DNA of 64,000 nt. Origin: Octopus sinensis. Taxonomy: Eukaryota. The stretch is from contig NC_043004.1 in NCBI RefSeq assembly GCF_006345805.1, positions 38,998,001-39,062,000 on the forward strand, read 5' to 3'. Shown piece after piece: positions 1 through 15,231 of this stretch (positions within the stretch are counted from its first letter, which is position 1; the number at the start of each line of letters is the position of its first letter). A program made the position numbers and the translations under genes. A model generated the notes under the pieces. It did no database searches, had not been told where the DNA came from, and was given only the letters and a program-made list of their open reading frames with translations.

Positions 1-176
1 GGGGAAATGGGAATGCTATATATTAATGAGATGTCGACATTAATGTGATGACTGAATATACGATACTTAGGGATATTCCAGAAACAACAGAAAGACTGAT
101 TTTTTTCTAATAATAATGTTGTATAATACTTGAGATGTTTTCCTTGCCTCTATGTTGGCCTTGCCGTGTTACACAT

Positions 177-207
<31 letters not shown>

Positions 208-381
208 GATAGATATTTGCATACGTATATATGTGCATGTGCGCGCGTATACATGCATACATACACATATATTTATATTTAAGTATGACAATATATTACA
301 TATATATATACAGGTACATCTGCATATTATATTTATATATGCCTATATATAATACTTAGAGTGTGTGAATGCATGTGTCTA

Positions 382-462
<81 letters not shown>

Positions 463-463
<1 letters not shown>

Positions 464-845
464 TAGCAGTATCGCCCGGCGTTGCTCAGGTTTGTAAGGG
501 AAATAACTATAAAGCATTTTTAGAGAGTTATAGCCAAAAAATAGCAAAAAAATGGAAAAAAATGATGGTAAATTTTTTTTTAGTTAAAAAAGGTGGAGTT
601 GCGTCCCCTAGACAGTTTGCAGTTTGTGTTTCTGATTCTCGACCCCATGTCGAATTTATCGATTTTTTTTCAGAACTGGGGGAACTTTTCAAAATTTTCG
701 CTGCGTTAGTTTTGAATTATGACATTGGGCTATGTGTGTGTCAAGTTTCATCAGAATCGGTCGAAAGCCGTGGTCAGGGTGAGGGTACAAGCAAACAGAC
801 ACACAGAAACACGCACAGACAAACTGCCGTTTATATAGAGAGAGA
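463..845 (-). mobile_element. Non-autonomous Helitron, copy 1
   Basis: Minus strand starts TCTCTCTCTATATAAACGG and ends ...GAGCAACGCCGGGCGATACTGCTAG, inserted between A and T with no TSD. Near-identical to 22953-23339. Confidence 0.85.
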
Positions 846-1190
846 TATATATATGCTTATGCATAAAATGAACCAAATAGTGTACCTAATTAGTCAAAAA
901 CGTAAATTGGGATCACGATCATAAAGGGAGGTATGCAAAATGCCATTCAAGAAAAACTGGATTTACTAGAATTATTTCCGCCTCAAATCGAGGTCGGCAA
1001 CCAAGTAAGCGTACACTTATTCTTACGTACCTGCATACATACAAACATATATAATCTGATACATACATGCGTTCTTACATAAATTCCTATTTACATACTT
1101 GAAAATACATACACGCATGAATGCACACATTTATGCGTGCATTCTCTTATATATAGTCATATATACATGTATTTTCATATATACATGTAT

Positions 1191-1232
<42 letters not shown>

Positions 1233-2119
1233 TATATACATACATATACATGTATCTTTTTCTTATACTTATGTATGCATAAGGACACACTTAAACAAGA
1301 AAAAAACTTTACACACAGATACGTGTGGAAGATTTTACTGTTTTCTTTTCATTTCTTTTTTTCGCTCCGTTACTTCAACTGTGGTAGACAATTAGATTCA
1401 TATCGAGAAGGGTTACAGAGAGGGAGCGAGTGCGAAAAGGAGACACAAAATAGGGGGGCAAGCGAATGCAAGTTATTGGGAACATCAAAGAGAAATGTCT
1501 ATAGAAATTTAAGAAAAAGAAGAAAGTTAAATGAAAACATATATTCGTTCAAATGTAGGCGAGTGTTAACAAGCAGTCAATTAAACTCTCACAAAGATGC
1601 CAATGAATAGTGATCAAAAGCCCTACTACTCCACCATCCCATATTTTTTCTTACCCATAGTATATTCACGACTATGTTATTAACAGTTTTTCGTAGTTTG
1701 GGATTGATTTTTAAGATGATATGACGTAGATTTGCTTGTTATTTTATATGCTTTGGCTTATGCATATAAAATGTAAAAACATTCATGAAAGCCAAATACG
1801 TAAATTAGCACGCATGCGTAGATATGTAAACATACAATGAACGTAAATACATAATATATAACGACAGATAAATTGACGAACAAAAATAACACGATACATG
1901 CATATACATGTTGGTGTAGTGTTTTACATTAGACTCATATAATATTAAAAAAAGAATTGACCGATTGAAAAATAAGCTAAACAGTAAATAGAGAAACAGA
2001 AGAAATCGATTGAACCACTCATATTTAGTATAGGGAAATGAAATACTTCGAACGATAAAAGGTTTGAATTTTAACGTTTCGGACAAGGTCTATCGTCAGA
2101 GGGGGACATGAAGTTTTTT

Positions 2120-2245
2120 TGCCAGCTGAGTGGACTAGAGAAGCGTGAAATGAAGTGTTTTGCTCAAAGATACAACGCATCACCTGGTTCAGGAATCAAA
2201 ATTACAATCATACGTATGTGAATACTACACCCAAACCACTACGTC
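2120..2245 (-). mobile_element. Degenerate tRNA-derived SINE 5' fragment
   Basis: Minus strand has A/B-box-like remnants (GTAGTGGTT...TTGATTCC) followed by a CORE-like TTGAGCAAAACACTTCATTTCAC. Heavily decayed. Confidence 0.4.
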
Positions 2246-2299
2246 ACGTTACCCCAACATATACATATATACACTCACACATACACGCCATATACATGT

Positions 2300-2396
2300 A
2301 TAGATAGAGAGAGAGGGGGGATAGATGGATAGATAAATAGAGAGAGAGAGAGGGATAGATGGATAGATAGATAGAGAAATAGAGAGAGAGAGAGGG

Positions 2397-2488
<92 letters not shown>
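2300..2488. repeat. (GA)n/(GATA)n microsatellite
   Basis: Direct reading of the sequence. Confidence 0.95.
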
Positions 2489-2663
2489 GTAGAACAGTTA
2501 CTCGCAGTGTCAGGTAAGACAGAATATTATTTAAACGTACATGCATCTTTCTGCAAATTCATATGCCTATGTACATGTATAACTTCTATTTAGTTTTGTT
2601 TTTATTGCACCAGACGAGGAAGGGCGGAGATCTTGAAAGGCAAAAAAGCGACAAAACTCCTCG

Positions 2664-3468
2664 TATCTCACAAGACTTTCCAAATAGAAAAATAATGCAT
2701 ATGCTATATAGCTAGTCCTATACAAACCAGTCATGTTTGATACAACGTCGAGATTGAAGCATGTTTTCATTCAAATTACGTTTACATTGAAAATTCATCT
2801 GTAATTATGTATAAACGGGGTCGTACTATCAGCTAGAAACCATTACCAAAGCTGCCACCAATTACACACTCGCTTCTAGAAATCGGATAATGATTTCCGA
2901 GATATATAATGTGAGAGGAAAAGAAGGGTCAATAATAACCGGAACGCCATTCAATATACACGCTCAGAATATAACATCTTTGGTTAATATAGTCGGATAT
3001 AGGCTCCCGACTGTTGCTTGTAGGTTATTTCTGATATATAAATCGGTCATATATATATATATATATATATATCAGAAATAACCTACAAGCAACACTCGAG
3101 AGCCTACGACTGCTTTATTAATCAAAGATATTATATTCTGAGCGTGTATAGTGAATGGCGTTCCGGTTATGATTAACCCTTCTGTTCCTCTCACTAACTA
3201 TATACTGGAAATCATTATTCAAACTCTAGAATTGAGTGTGTAATTTGTGGTAGCTTTGGTAATGGTTTCTAGCTGATAGTACGACCCCGTTTATACCTCA
3301 TCACCGATGGGTTTTGAATGAAAACGTGATTTGCTGTTGTTTGGGTTCAGATTAACATGCATCAATCGCGACCTTGTATCAAACATGACTGGGCCTAGAA
3401 ACAGTTTGTATAGGACTAACTATGTAGTATGTGTATTTGTTTTTCTATTTAGAAAGTGATGTGAGATA
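2664..3468. repeat. ~800 bp imperfect palindrome (fold-back) with TA-rich centre
   Basis: Arms are reverse complements, e.g. GTATAAACGGGGTCGTACTATCAGCTAGAAACCATTACCAAAGCT (~2809) vs AGCTTTGGTAATGGTTTCTAGCTGATAGTACGACCCCGTTTATAC (~3252), and TGTTGCTTGTAGGTTATTTCTGAT vs ATCAGAAATAACCTACAAGCAACA around the centre. Confidence 0.95.
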
Positions 3469-3477
3469 TATATGCTT

Positions 3478-5800
<2,323 letters not shown>

Positions 5801-6619
5801 AACATATATGTGCCTGTGCATTACACCCTTACACACATACGTTCATCCACGAGCAGTCATACGCACATATTTAGAGAGGGAGACACGGAGACGGAGAGGT
5901 TGATAGAGATATTGATTGATAAACTAGGTGATCGATGGATTAGAACCCATTTTATGTTTCCCTTTAATGAAACCGATGTTCATGTGTTTGTGTATGCGTT
6001 TGCATATGTGTGTATGTGTGTGTTGATGTGTGTCCATACATGGCTCTGCGAATGTGTTGCGCGTGGCTGTGTGTGAAACCAGATGTGTACGGCTTAGTCA
6101 CTCTTCGTATGAAATTTATTTCCGAAGACATAATGAAGAATTGTGTTATATAGACTTTCTACTAGACTTTGATAAAATTGAGCAGGCTGCACACTCTGTC
6201 TGTTACGTGAGACGGAGCAATAAACCACCCGGAAATGATGGCATTTACGTACAAAACAACGATATGTATATATTTTGCTTCTTAATTGACATTACGAAAG
6301 TAAATATTTAAAAATACTCACCTGAATTTTTCTGCGGCTGGAGTTATATTTTTGTTGTTTTATGTTTCGGTGGATTTCTTTTGTTGGTCAAAAGAATTGT
6401 GTACAATTAATATTATTATATATTTGCCTCGTTTGATTGTTTATTATTTTTTCTTTTACTTTTTCTCTATGCCTTCTATTAAGCTATAGTGGGGAACAAG
6501 TAGTACGTCATGTAGAAATCCAAAGATGTAGACAGATTGTTTAACGCCTTTATATCGCATAGAGTTCTGACTCTAACATGTGTGCGAAGTCCCACACATC
6601 GCCAATATAACTACTATAA

Positions 6620-6973
6620 GTGAGCGATCGAAATAATTGGAGATAAAAAGGTAGATGTATAGATGGATAGCTAGATAGAGAGGAAGAGAAACAGGCACAG
6701 AGTGAGAGACAGAGTGAGTGAGAGAGGGAGAGAGGGAGAGAGATGGGGAGAGAGGGAATGATTTGATACAAGAGGGATATAATCAGACAACACAGAGAAA
6801 TATTTTGATATTCTGAGACAGAGACAGGCGCACAGAATGGAGACAGGCAAGATGAAAAGACGAAATAAGATGCACACGAGTGAAAGAGAGAAAGTAAGAG
6901 AGGGACAGAGAAAGAGAGAGAGGAAGAGAATGAGAGAGTGAAGGAGGGAATGAACGAGAGATAGAAAGTAATA

Positions 6974-7019
<46 letters not shown>

Positions 7020-8554
7020 TGAACAATGAGTGCAGTGAGATACAGAGAGTTAAATAAAAGGGCAGAAGAGTTACATATAATGGTATATATACACTAGCAG
7101 ACTGATATGTAAACAAATATATGAAGATAGTGAGGTTGAGGAGATAGGAAATGGAAAGAGACAAAATGACGGAAAATAAAATTACATAAAAAAGGCATGA
7201 AGTTAGAGGAAGTGAGAGAGAAAGAACGTGAGAGAGAGACACAGACAGAGGGGAGAAGAGAATGATAAATTATGGAACGGGAAAAGAGTTAACAAGATAT
7301 ATAAAGACGAAAACATGACTAAAGAAGAAGAAGGAGAGAAGGAAAACCGACAGCAAGAGAAAAATATACGATAATAAGACAAACTGAGCGCGGGCTGAGA
7401 GAGAGAGAGAGTAAGAGGGAGAGAGTGGAGAGCAATAGAAAAATGTAAGATATATATGTTGAAGACAGATATATAGCTAGACTGAGAGACAGAGAGAACG
7501 ATAGTGAGAGAGAGAAAGAGAAAACGATAGTGAGAGAGAGAGAGAGAAAGAGAGAACGATAGTGTGAGAGAGAGAGAGAGAGAGAGAAGAATGTTGGTAC
7601 CAAACAGTCTGTATATTTTTACAAAAACAGAATAAACGAGGGAAGAATGAAATACACGTGTAGAGCTGTGTCGTCGTTATATGCTGTGTGTTAGTGCAAT
7701 AATGTGTGCGTGCATGCATGTATGTGTGCATGCGTGCGTGCATGCATGCCTGCTTTCGTAATCAAATATATGAGTGATCGTGGAGTGTGATAGGGAGAAA
7801 GAGGAAATGAATGAGTTGATATGTGTGAGAAGGAGAGTGCGAGAGCAAAAATGTGAGATGCGACTTAGAGTGAGGCAAAATATAAGTGAGACAGAAGGAG
7901 AGAGAGAGAGACAGGGGAAGAGAGAGAGAAAGTGTTAGAGGTAGAAAGAGAGAGAGAGATCTTCTGAGACGGTTAGAGTTATAAGAAAGGAAAAGAAGAG
8001 AGAGAAAGCTTGCAATAGTGAGGGGAAAAGAGAGCGAATTATGGGGGGGGTGGAGAAAGGAAGCTTAGAAAGGATGGTTTCGCGCCTCGTATTTGTGAAC
8101 ACGAATAAACAAGGAAATGAATGATTAAGAATAGAAAAAGAGATGAAGGAAAAGTAAGATAGAAATAAACAGAGAAGGAAGGAAGGTGAGAAAAAAGGGG
8201 TACCGGGAACCATATATTTGTCTGTGTTTGTGAGTGTGCGCGCATGCATGTATATATGTATGTATGTATGTATGTGTCTATGTATGCATGCATGTAAGTC
8301 GATTAGAAGACAGAAAGAAACGGAGGAATGATGAGCGAGGCGTATAAGAAGTAAACAAATATGCGTAAAAGGTTAACTGCTAATTGAGATGTGCCCGAAA
8401 CGATAGTGAAAGTAGAACTTGCTAGGGTTGAGAATGTGAGTGCATAGGCAATTTAACCAAAGAGGAGGAGAATAATCTAAGTAGATTCAGAACTAAGGGA
8501 CAGAGTATGTGTCATGGGTTGTGGTTAGAACAGTTTAACACAACATAGATATAG

Positions 8555-8628
<74 letters not shown>

Positions 8629-8691
8629 GTAGATAGATAAGATAGATAGATAGATAGAGAGAGAGACAGTCAGATAGATAGAGATAGAAAA

Positions 8692-8771
<80 letters not shown>

Positions 8772-9560
8772 AGAGGAGAAAGAGAGAGAGACTGGGTGTG
8801 TTTACCTGTCTATGTGTGATGGAAAGGAAAAGTACGAGATGCGATGTTTAATGAGGCAGGGAAGAAGAAAGTCGTGCTGAAGGAAAACATATTGTTTGAG
8901 GTAGTAAAATATAATGCGGAGAAAAGACAATACGAGAAATATATATCATTCGATATATTAGAATAGGAAAAGAAGGACAAGTTACGAAAAGAGAAAGAAA
9001 GAGACTTTTATACAAAAAAAAATAGATGGATAATGTATGAGAAGCGGGTAGAGATGAAAGCAAGGAATGATTTGAAGGGAAAACGGAGAAAAAGACGCTA
9101 AGAGAGGGAAACCGGTACCACTCTGAATGAGACAAAAATGTTAGTGTGAATAGGATTAGACAATGCGAGAGAGGGAGTGAGAAAGAAAAGTAGATATATA
9201 GAAAGTAAAAGAGTGAGAGAGAAGGTGATAAGAGGGAAAGAATGAATTGAATAAGGTATGAAAGTAAGAGAGCGACAAAAAGTCTGACACAAGGGAAATA
9301 GAGAAGTTTATGTTAGGGGAGGATTCAGAATGAAAGTAAGAATAGGATAAAGGAACATACATAACATTATAAAGACAAAGGTGAATGTAAATAAATAAAT
9401 TTCAAAAAGCGAAGTGAAAGAGAAACAGGGAAAGAGAGTGAGAGAGAGAGAGAAACGGGGAAAGAGAGAGAGAGGCAAATAAAGAGAGGGCAGGGCGAAC
9501 GAGAATAGGAAAGCGGGGTGGAAAGTAAGATAAATAGAGAGCTGTAACAGGAGATATACT
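6620..9560 (+). repeat. Long purine-rich (GA/GATA) low-complexity tract
   Basis: About 3 kb of strongly A/G-biased plus strand with (GA)n and (GATA)n runs. Confidence 0.85.
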
Positions 9561-9640
9561 AACTTGTGGATATATATGCGTGTATGTATGCATACGCTCA
9601 CATTGACACAAACAAATATGCTCGTGTATGTGTGTCTCTG

Positions 9641-9678
<38 letters not shown>

Positions 9679-9679
9679 C

Positions 9680-9888
9680 TTTTATTCTTTTTACCTGTTT
9701 CAGTCATTCGACTGCGGCTATGCTGGAGCAACGCCTTTGGTCGGAAAAATCAACCCCGCGACTTATTCATTGTAAGCCTAGAACTTATTCTATCGGTCTC
9801 TTTTGCCGAACCACTAGGTTACGGGGACGTAAACACATCAACACCGGTTGTCAAGCGACGGTGTGGGGGCAACAAACTCAGACACACA

Positions 9889-9929
<41 letters not shown>

Positions 9930-10077
9930 TACGACTGGCTTCTTTCAGTTTCCGTCTACCAAATCCACTCACGAGGCTATAGTAGAAGACACCTGCCCAA
10001 GGTGCCACGAGTGGTGCACTGAACCAGGAACTTTGTGTTGGGGAAGCACAACTTCTTAACCACACAGCCACGCCTGC
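9680..10077 (-). mobile_element. tRNA-derived SINE family A
   Basis: Minus strand has head GCAGGCGTGGCTGTGTGGTTAAG (A box), GGTTCAGT (B box), CCTTGGGCAGGTGTCTTCTACTATAGCC and a GAATAAAA-type tail. Homologous to the copies at 14241, 21611, 49562 and 56223. Confidence 0.85.
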
Positions 10078-10127
10078 GACTATATATAATATATATATGT
10101 ATATATATATGTGTGTGTGTATGTATG

Positions 10128-10174
<47 letters not shown>

Positions 10175-10442
10175 TATATATAAGATATTATATATAATAT
10201 ATATACATATGTGTGTGTGGTGTGTGCGTGCCTGTGTGTGTTTGTATTGTATTTCGGGACGATATTTATTATCATGTTTGTCTTTTTTTTGTAAAAAAAC
10301 ACACGCGCTATATATTCGTTTTTCTCTCGTTAAGTACAGGTTCATAAACATAGATAAAACCTTCGAATTTTTCTCTTTTAGCCCTCTCTTTAAACCTAAG
10401 TCTTTCGAAGCCTTCACAATTTTCTTTTCCTAGCAACGTTAT

Positions 10443-10600
10443 ACGGCGGTGAACTTGGTAAATCGTTATCAAGCCGCACAAAATACATTTGTCAGACTTT
10501 ACTTCAAATTCCACCACGGTCGACTTAGCCATTCGTCCTTTCGATAAAATAAATACTAATGGAGCATCAGTGTCAATTGCCCTCTAGGCCGAACTTGCTC
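10443..10600 (+). mobile_element. Degenerate SINE family B
   Basis: GGCGGTGAAC...TTCAAATTCCACCACGGTCGACTT...TCCTTTCGATAAA aligns with the copy at 44183-44410. Confidence 0.55.
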
Positions 10601-10623
10601 GCCTTATCCATATATAATGTATG

Positions 10624-10766
10624 GAATTATCAGTTATAAAATGCATTTTAATTATTGAATCAATTGCATTTATATATAAGAGACGGTAGACATAAGAGAT
10701 GAATAGCAAATATTAAGATAGATTGATATACAATCAGACAGACGGACAGACACACAGACATACTGG

Positions 10767-10831
<65 letters not shown>

Positions 10832-10874
10832 TGATATACAATCAGACAGACGGACAGACACACAGACAGACTGG

Positions 10875-10940
<66 letters not shown>

Positions 10941-10980
10941 TAGATAGATAGATATGTAGATAGATAGATAGATAGACATG

Positions 10981-11057
<77 letters not shown>
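10624..11057 (+). other. Insertion of ~150 bp unique sequence plus (GATA)n, flanked by a 30-bp direct repeat
   Basis: CTTGCTCGCCTTATCCATATATAATGTATG occurs at 10594-10623 and 11058-11087. The insert matches 23964-24165. Confidence 0.85.
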
Positions 11058-11087
11058 CTTGCTCGCCTTATCCATATATAATGTATG

Positions 11088-11675
11088 TTGAGGAAGTTAT
11101 TGCCAACGTTTTTCCAAGTATAATTTCAAATTACGCAAATGCTGCTTGCTTGTGCGAAAGAGCAACCATGGCACCAAAGGATGTTTCTGTGAATAATTGA
11201 AATGGAAGACTCGAGAAACTTACAAATCTATACAAATCTCTGTTGTGGATGAATCCGAAATAGTCAATTATCCGGCTGAGTTCTTAAACTCAAGGCAGCC
11301 ACAAGGAGCTCCTCCTCATTGCTTTTCATTGAAAATATGCCAATCATGCTCCTGCGCAACCTTTCTCAACCAAAGCTGTGCAATAGCACAAGATTTGTCA
11401 AGCAATTAATGAGAAATGTCATACAACCCACAATAATTTCTGACTGGAAAAGGTGAAGATGTTCATATTCCATGCTTACATATAATACCTTCCAATATGC
11501 CATTCGAGTTCAAATGACTTGCATTTCCAATACGTCTTTTTAATAAGTTCCAGAGTCAGATTTTGAAAGTTGCTGGTTTGCAATTAGAAGAGGACTGTTT
11601 CTCACACGGTCAGTTATATACTGGGACATTCAGAGTGAGGAGAAAGAACAATCTTTTCATTTTTGTCCCTGGGAT
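11088..11675 (+). pseudogene. Helitron PIF1-like helicase C-terminal relic
   Basis: Translates across frameshifts and stops to [65 protein letters not shown] and CFSHGQLY, which are canonical Helitron helicase motifs. Confidence 0.9.
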
Positions 11676-12239
11676 CGACAAACTAAAATTTGCAGAAAGA
11701 CTAATAACTTTGAATTGATATTGTCAAAGTCACACTAAATTATAATACATATGTTTTTAGTTTTTCCCCGAAATTTTATTTACTTATCATGTATGTACGA
11801 GGCATAAGCCAAAGTCTGTTATAGCAACAAGAAAGTGAAACAAAGGGAACGGTAACTTTGGTATTGGACTGTGGTGGTAATGTGAATGAATGCGATGAGG
11901 ACAAAGAAAATGTAAAGGTGGAAATAAAGGGAGGAGAAAAGGTGAAAAGAAGGAGGACGGAGTGGAGAAGAATATGCAAAAGAAAATATTTTCATTGTTT
12001 AATTGTAGGTGGGCCTGACTAAACAAGTTAATTATCAAAAGTGTTTTCCGTTGGATTCACTATATTTATTTTTTCAGTCATAAATAGTGCATCTTGGATC
12101 ACATTATACTATGTATACATCATTTTCTTGAAGACCTTACCATGCGATATGAGGTAATTTTTCTACTGTTTCTGACAAGTCTAGCAAAGACGTAGAAGTG
12201 GCAGATTCGTTTCACTAATTATACTAATGTTGATGACAC

Positions 12240-12600
12240 CGATGGCTGTGGTGGTGGTAGTGGTGGTAGTGGTGGTGGCGGCGGTGATGCTGCAGCAGAA
12301 CAGTAGCTGCTGCTGGTGGTGCCTGACGCCGATGACGACAACGGTAGTAATGGCTGAGAAGAAGAAGAAAGAAGAAGAAAGAAGAAAGAAGAAGAAGGAA
12401 GAAGAAGAAGAAGAAGGAAGAAGAAGAAGGAAGAAGAAGAAGAAGAAGAAGAAGAAGAAAGACGAGAAGGAAAGACAAGGAAAAGAAGAAGAAGAAGAAG
12501 AAGAAGAAGAAGAAGAGAAGAAGAAGAAGGAAGAAGAAGAAGAACAAGAAGAACAAGAACAAGAACAAGAACAAGAACAAGAACAAGAACAAGAAGAAGG
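12240..12600. repeat. Compound trinucleotide repeats (GGT, GAA, GAACAA)
   Basis: Direct reading. Confidence 0.9.
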
Positions 12601-13070
12601 AGGTCCTGAGATAAATAAAGGGAAAAATGCAGAAATGAATTAAATAAAATGAAGTTCCAATAAAGAAAAGTATAGCGAAATTGTTCAAACACCATAAGAA
12701 ACGAATGAACGAGATGAAATTTGAGAGTGAGATAGTGAAACTGAGGGTGACGGAGAGAAAAGTAAAGATTGGGTGCGTTTGGGGGCACGGAGATATTGAA
12801 AGAAATATATATATTGATTTTTGCACAAGACCAGCAATTTTAGGGGTATGGGTAAGTCAATTACAGCGACCCCACTGATCAACTGCACAAATGGTGGTGA
12901 AAATCACAATTGTAATGTAATTACAAACTTCATTTTGCAATCATAAGTTACCAAGGGTAATTACACTGCCCCTCAGTCTAGGCATTTGGGCATCTGGGCA
13001 TGGGTCTGTTATTATCGCAACTGTTGTATATTTGGGTGGACGTGAACAGTTTAGAAGCCAGTCGGATATA

Positions 13071-13881
13071 CAGTGTTCAGTCTAGAGTTGGCCGTTTGTT
13101 TTATGTCGCTTTTATTATATTTTTTTCCTGAGGTACAGCTTGGTGTATTGGGTAACAGTCGACGGTGTTCGAGAGTATAAAAATTAAAGTTGTAGTTGAG
13201 AAAAATGTCAGTTGACAAGGAGAATCGGAAGTTCATTTGAATATTGGAAAAGTGTTACCTATATCATGAGGATTTGAGATGGGTATTAAATGCAGTAAGA
13301 TATGACATGGACAGCTGCAATGGAGACTATGAAGCCGTGTCCCTTCCAGTAGGAAAGGACACAGCGGGAGTTCCAAATTCACCTGCACACCGGTATTCAT
13401 TATCCCATCATACAACAAGGGCCTATGTTCAATTCAGCTGAGCATGCGTAATGGTGGATACTGTGGTTAATTCTAGGCTGGAGTTGCTACGAGAAATCGA
13501 TATGTGTACTTGACTCCTTACTTCACCAGCTGAAATTTCTGGCCTCCAAATTTCCCCGATTGTAATCCCAAACCGTGGGGCGCAGTTGAGAAAGATACCA
13601 ACCTCTCTGACTGCAACACCAAGGCCTAGCTGACTTCCAAGATCAAGAAGCGATTTGAATATCCTTCCAGGAACACAGTTACCAACGAATATGTCAAAGT
13701 CGGGAGTTCTGTTCAGGCTGTGGTGGACATTGTGGACAGCTGCTTTGAGTAAACTATTATCTAGCCGCCATAATCTATTTCAAATCATTTTTTTATTTTT
13801 TAAAATACGTTCATTTTTGGATGTGATATTGTGTTTTGTTTCTCTTTTATGCAAACTCTGAAATTTAGACCATATACCCTG
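13071..13881 (+). mobile_element. Internally deleted Tc1/mariner-superfamily DNA transposon
   Basis: TA-flanked degenerate TIRs (TA|CAGTGTTCAG... and ...ATACCCTG|TA). FWPPNFPDCNP (~13540-13570) corresponds to the WPPxSPDxNP transposase motif. The 3' subterminal region matches 24240-24310 in reverse complement. Confidence 0.75.
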
Positions 13882-14240
13882 TATTACAATTATAACTCCA
13901 AACATTAGGCTTGTGACAAACACTGTTACTATGATTTTGACGTAAACAATATACACGTCTGAGGAATACTCGACCATTGTGTAGATAATAATTAAAGGAC
14001 TCGATTTAATCTATCGAATTCACTCACAAGACATCGGCTGTCTCGGTGCCATGGAAAGAAACAACAGCTCAAGTTGCCGTGATGTAGGACTGAATCGAAA
14101 TTACCGGGACTTCAAAGCGAGGTAATTATACATGCAGATATGCAGGCACCTAAAATATAAAAGTAATGCGCTGCCATGCATAAAAACGAATCCGTTTTGC
14201 CTGGGTTAAATCCGGGAATTCTAACTACTATAAGCATATC

Positions 14241-14393
14241 AGGCTGTGTGGTAAGAAGCTTGCTTCCCAAGCACATGGTTCCAGGTTCAGTCTCACTGCG
14301 TGACAACTTGAGCAAGTATCTTCTACTATAGCCCATGCCCCCCACAAAGCTTTGTGAGTAGATTTCGTATACAGAAACTGAAAGAAGCCCGCC

Positions 14394-14430
<37 letters not shown>

Positions 14431-14587
14431 GGTTTGTTTACGCCCTCGTATCCTAGCGGTTCGGCTAAAGAACCAGATAGAATAAGTACTAGGCTTACAA
14501 AGAATAAGTCATGGGGTCGATTTGTTCCAGTTTGGCAGCATTCAAATGACTGAAACAAATAGAAGAATAAAAGAATAAAAGAATAAA
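14241..14587 (+). mobile_element. SINE family A
   Basis: GGCTGTGTGGTAAGAAGCTTGCTTCCCAA...GGTTCAGTC head, internal (TA)n and (GAATAAAA)n tail. Confidence 0.85.
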
Positions 14588-15189
14588 CAGTAATACCTCA
14601 CTTTACGAGTGCCTGATTTAAGAGTCCCCGAGTTTAAGAGTTTTTTTTTTTCAAGCAAAAGATCCAACTTTTGAATGAAGAGCAGAAATTTCTACTACCA
14701 TAGCAAATGCTTCTGCGTGTTACCGAGAAATTTTTTACAGAGCGAGAAAAAGCTTATAAATAAAAATTCTTGACTTGATTTTCAAAAAGAAAATCGCTCT
14801 ACGAATCTGGAGACGTGAGTCTACTAGAGTCTAGAGTCATGCGTGAGTCAAGAGCGAGTGACAGTGATTCAGGAAACGATTCTAATGATATTTTTTATTA
14901 CAAATAATCTTCACATTCTCTTTATTCTCACACAAAACAAAGTCTCTATATCTACCGTTGTTTTAATGCCATTTATTTACATATCCGCGATATTTTACAT
15001 ATAAATATATAAAATATTTTACATATAAACTTTATAATACATTATAAAGTTTATATATAAAATATTTTTCTGCGTACGATTTACGATTTATAGCATTGCT
15101 ACTATGGGAAATTAATTCTCTGATTTACTAGTTTTCACTTTACCAGCTGTTACTGGAAACAAACTAACTCGTAAATCAAGGCATTACTG
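14588..15189. mobile_element. MITE with ~23-bp TIRs (pogo/Tigger-like CAGT ends)
   Basis: Left end CAGTAATACCTCACTTTACGAGT and right end ACTCGTAAATCAAGGCATTACTG are reverse complements with few mismatches. The TA TSD is degenerate. Confidence 0.75.
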
Positions 15190-15190
15190 C

Positions 15191-15231
<41 letters not shown>

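Noticed and set aside
361-924. 187-aa ORF with a homologue at 22907-23161
   Set aside because: Chance antisense reading through microsatellites and the non-autonomous Helitron. The apparent paralogue is the second Helitron copy.
2070-2105. CUGACGA...GAAACGUU hammerhead-like motif on the minus strand
   Set aside because: Stem I cannot pair and stem II is mismatched. At most a decayed relic.
11790-12040. Possible ancient LINE 3' coding remnant on the minus strand
   Set aside because: Similarity is too weak to support by eye.
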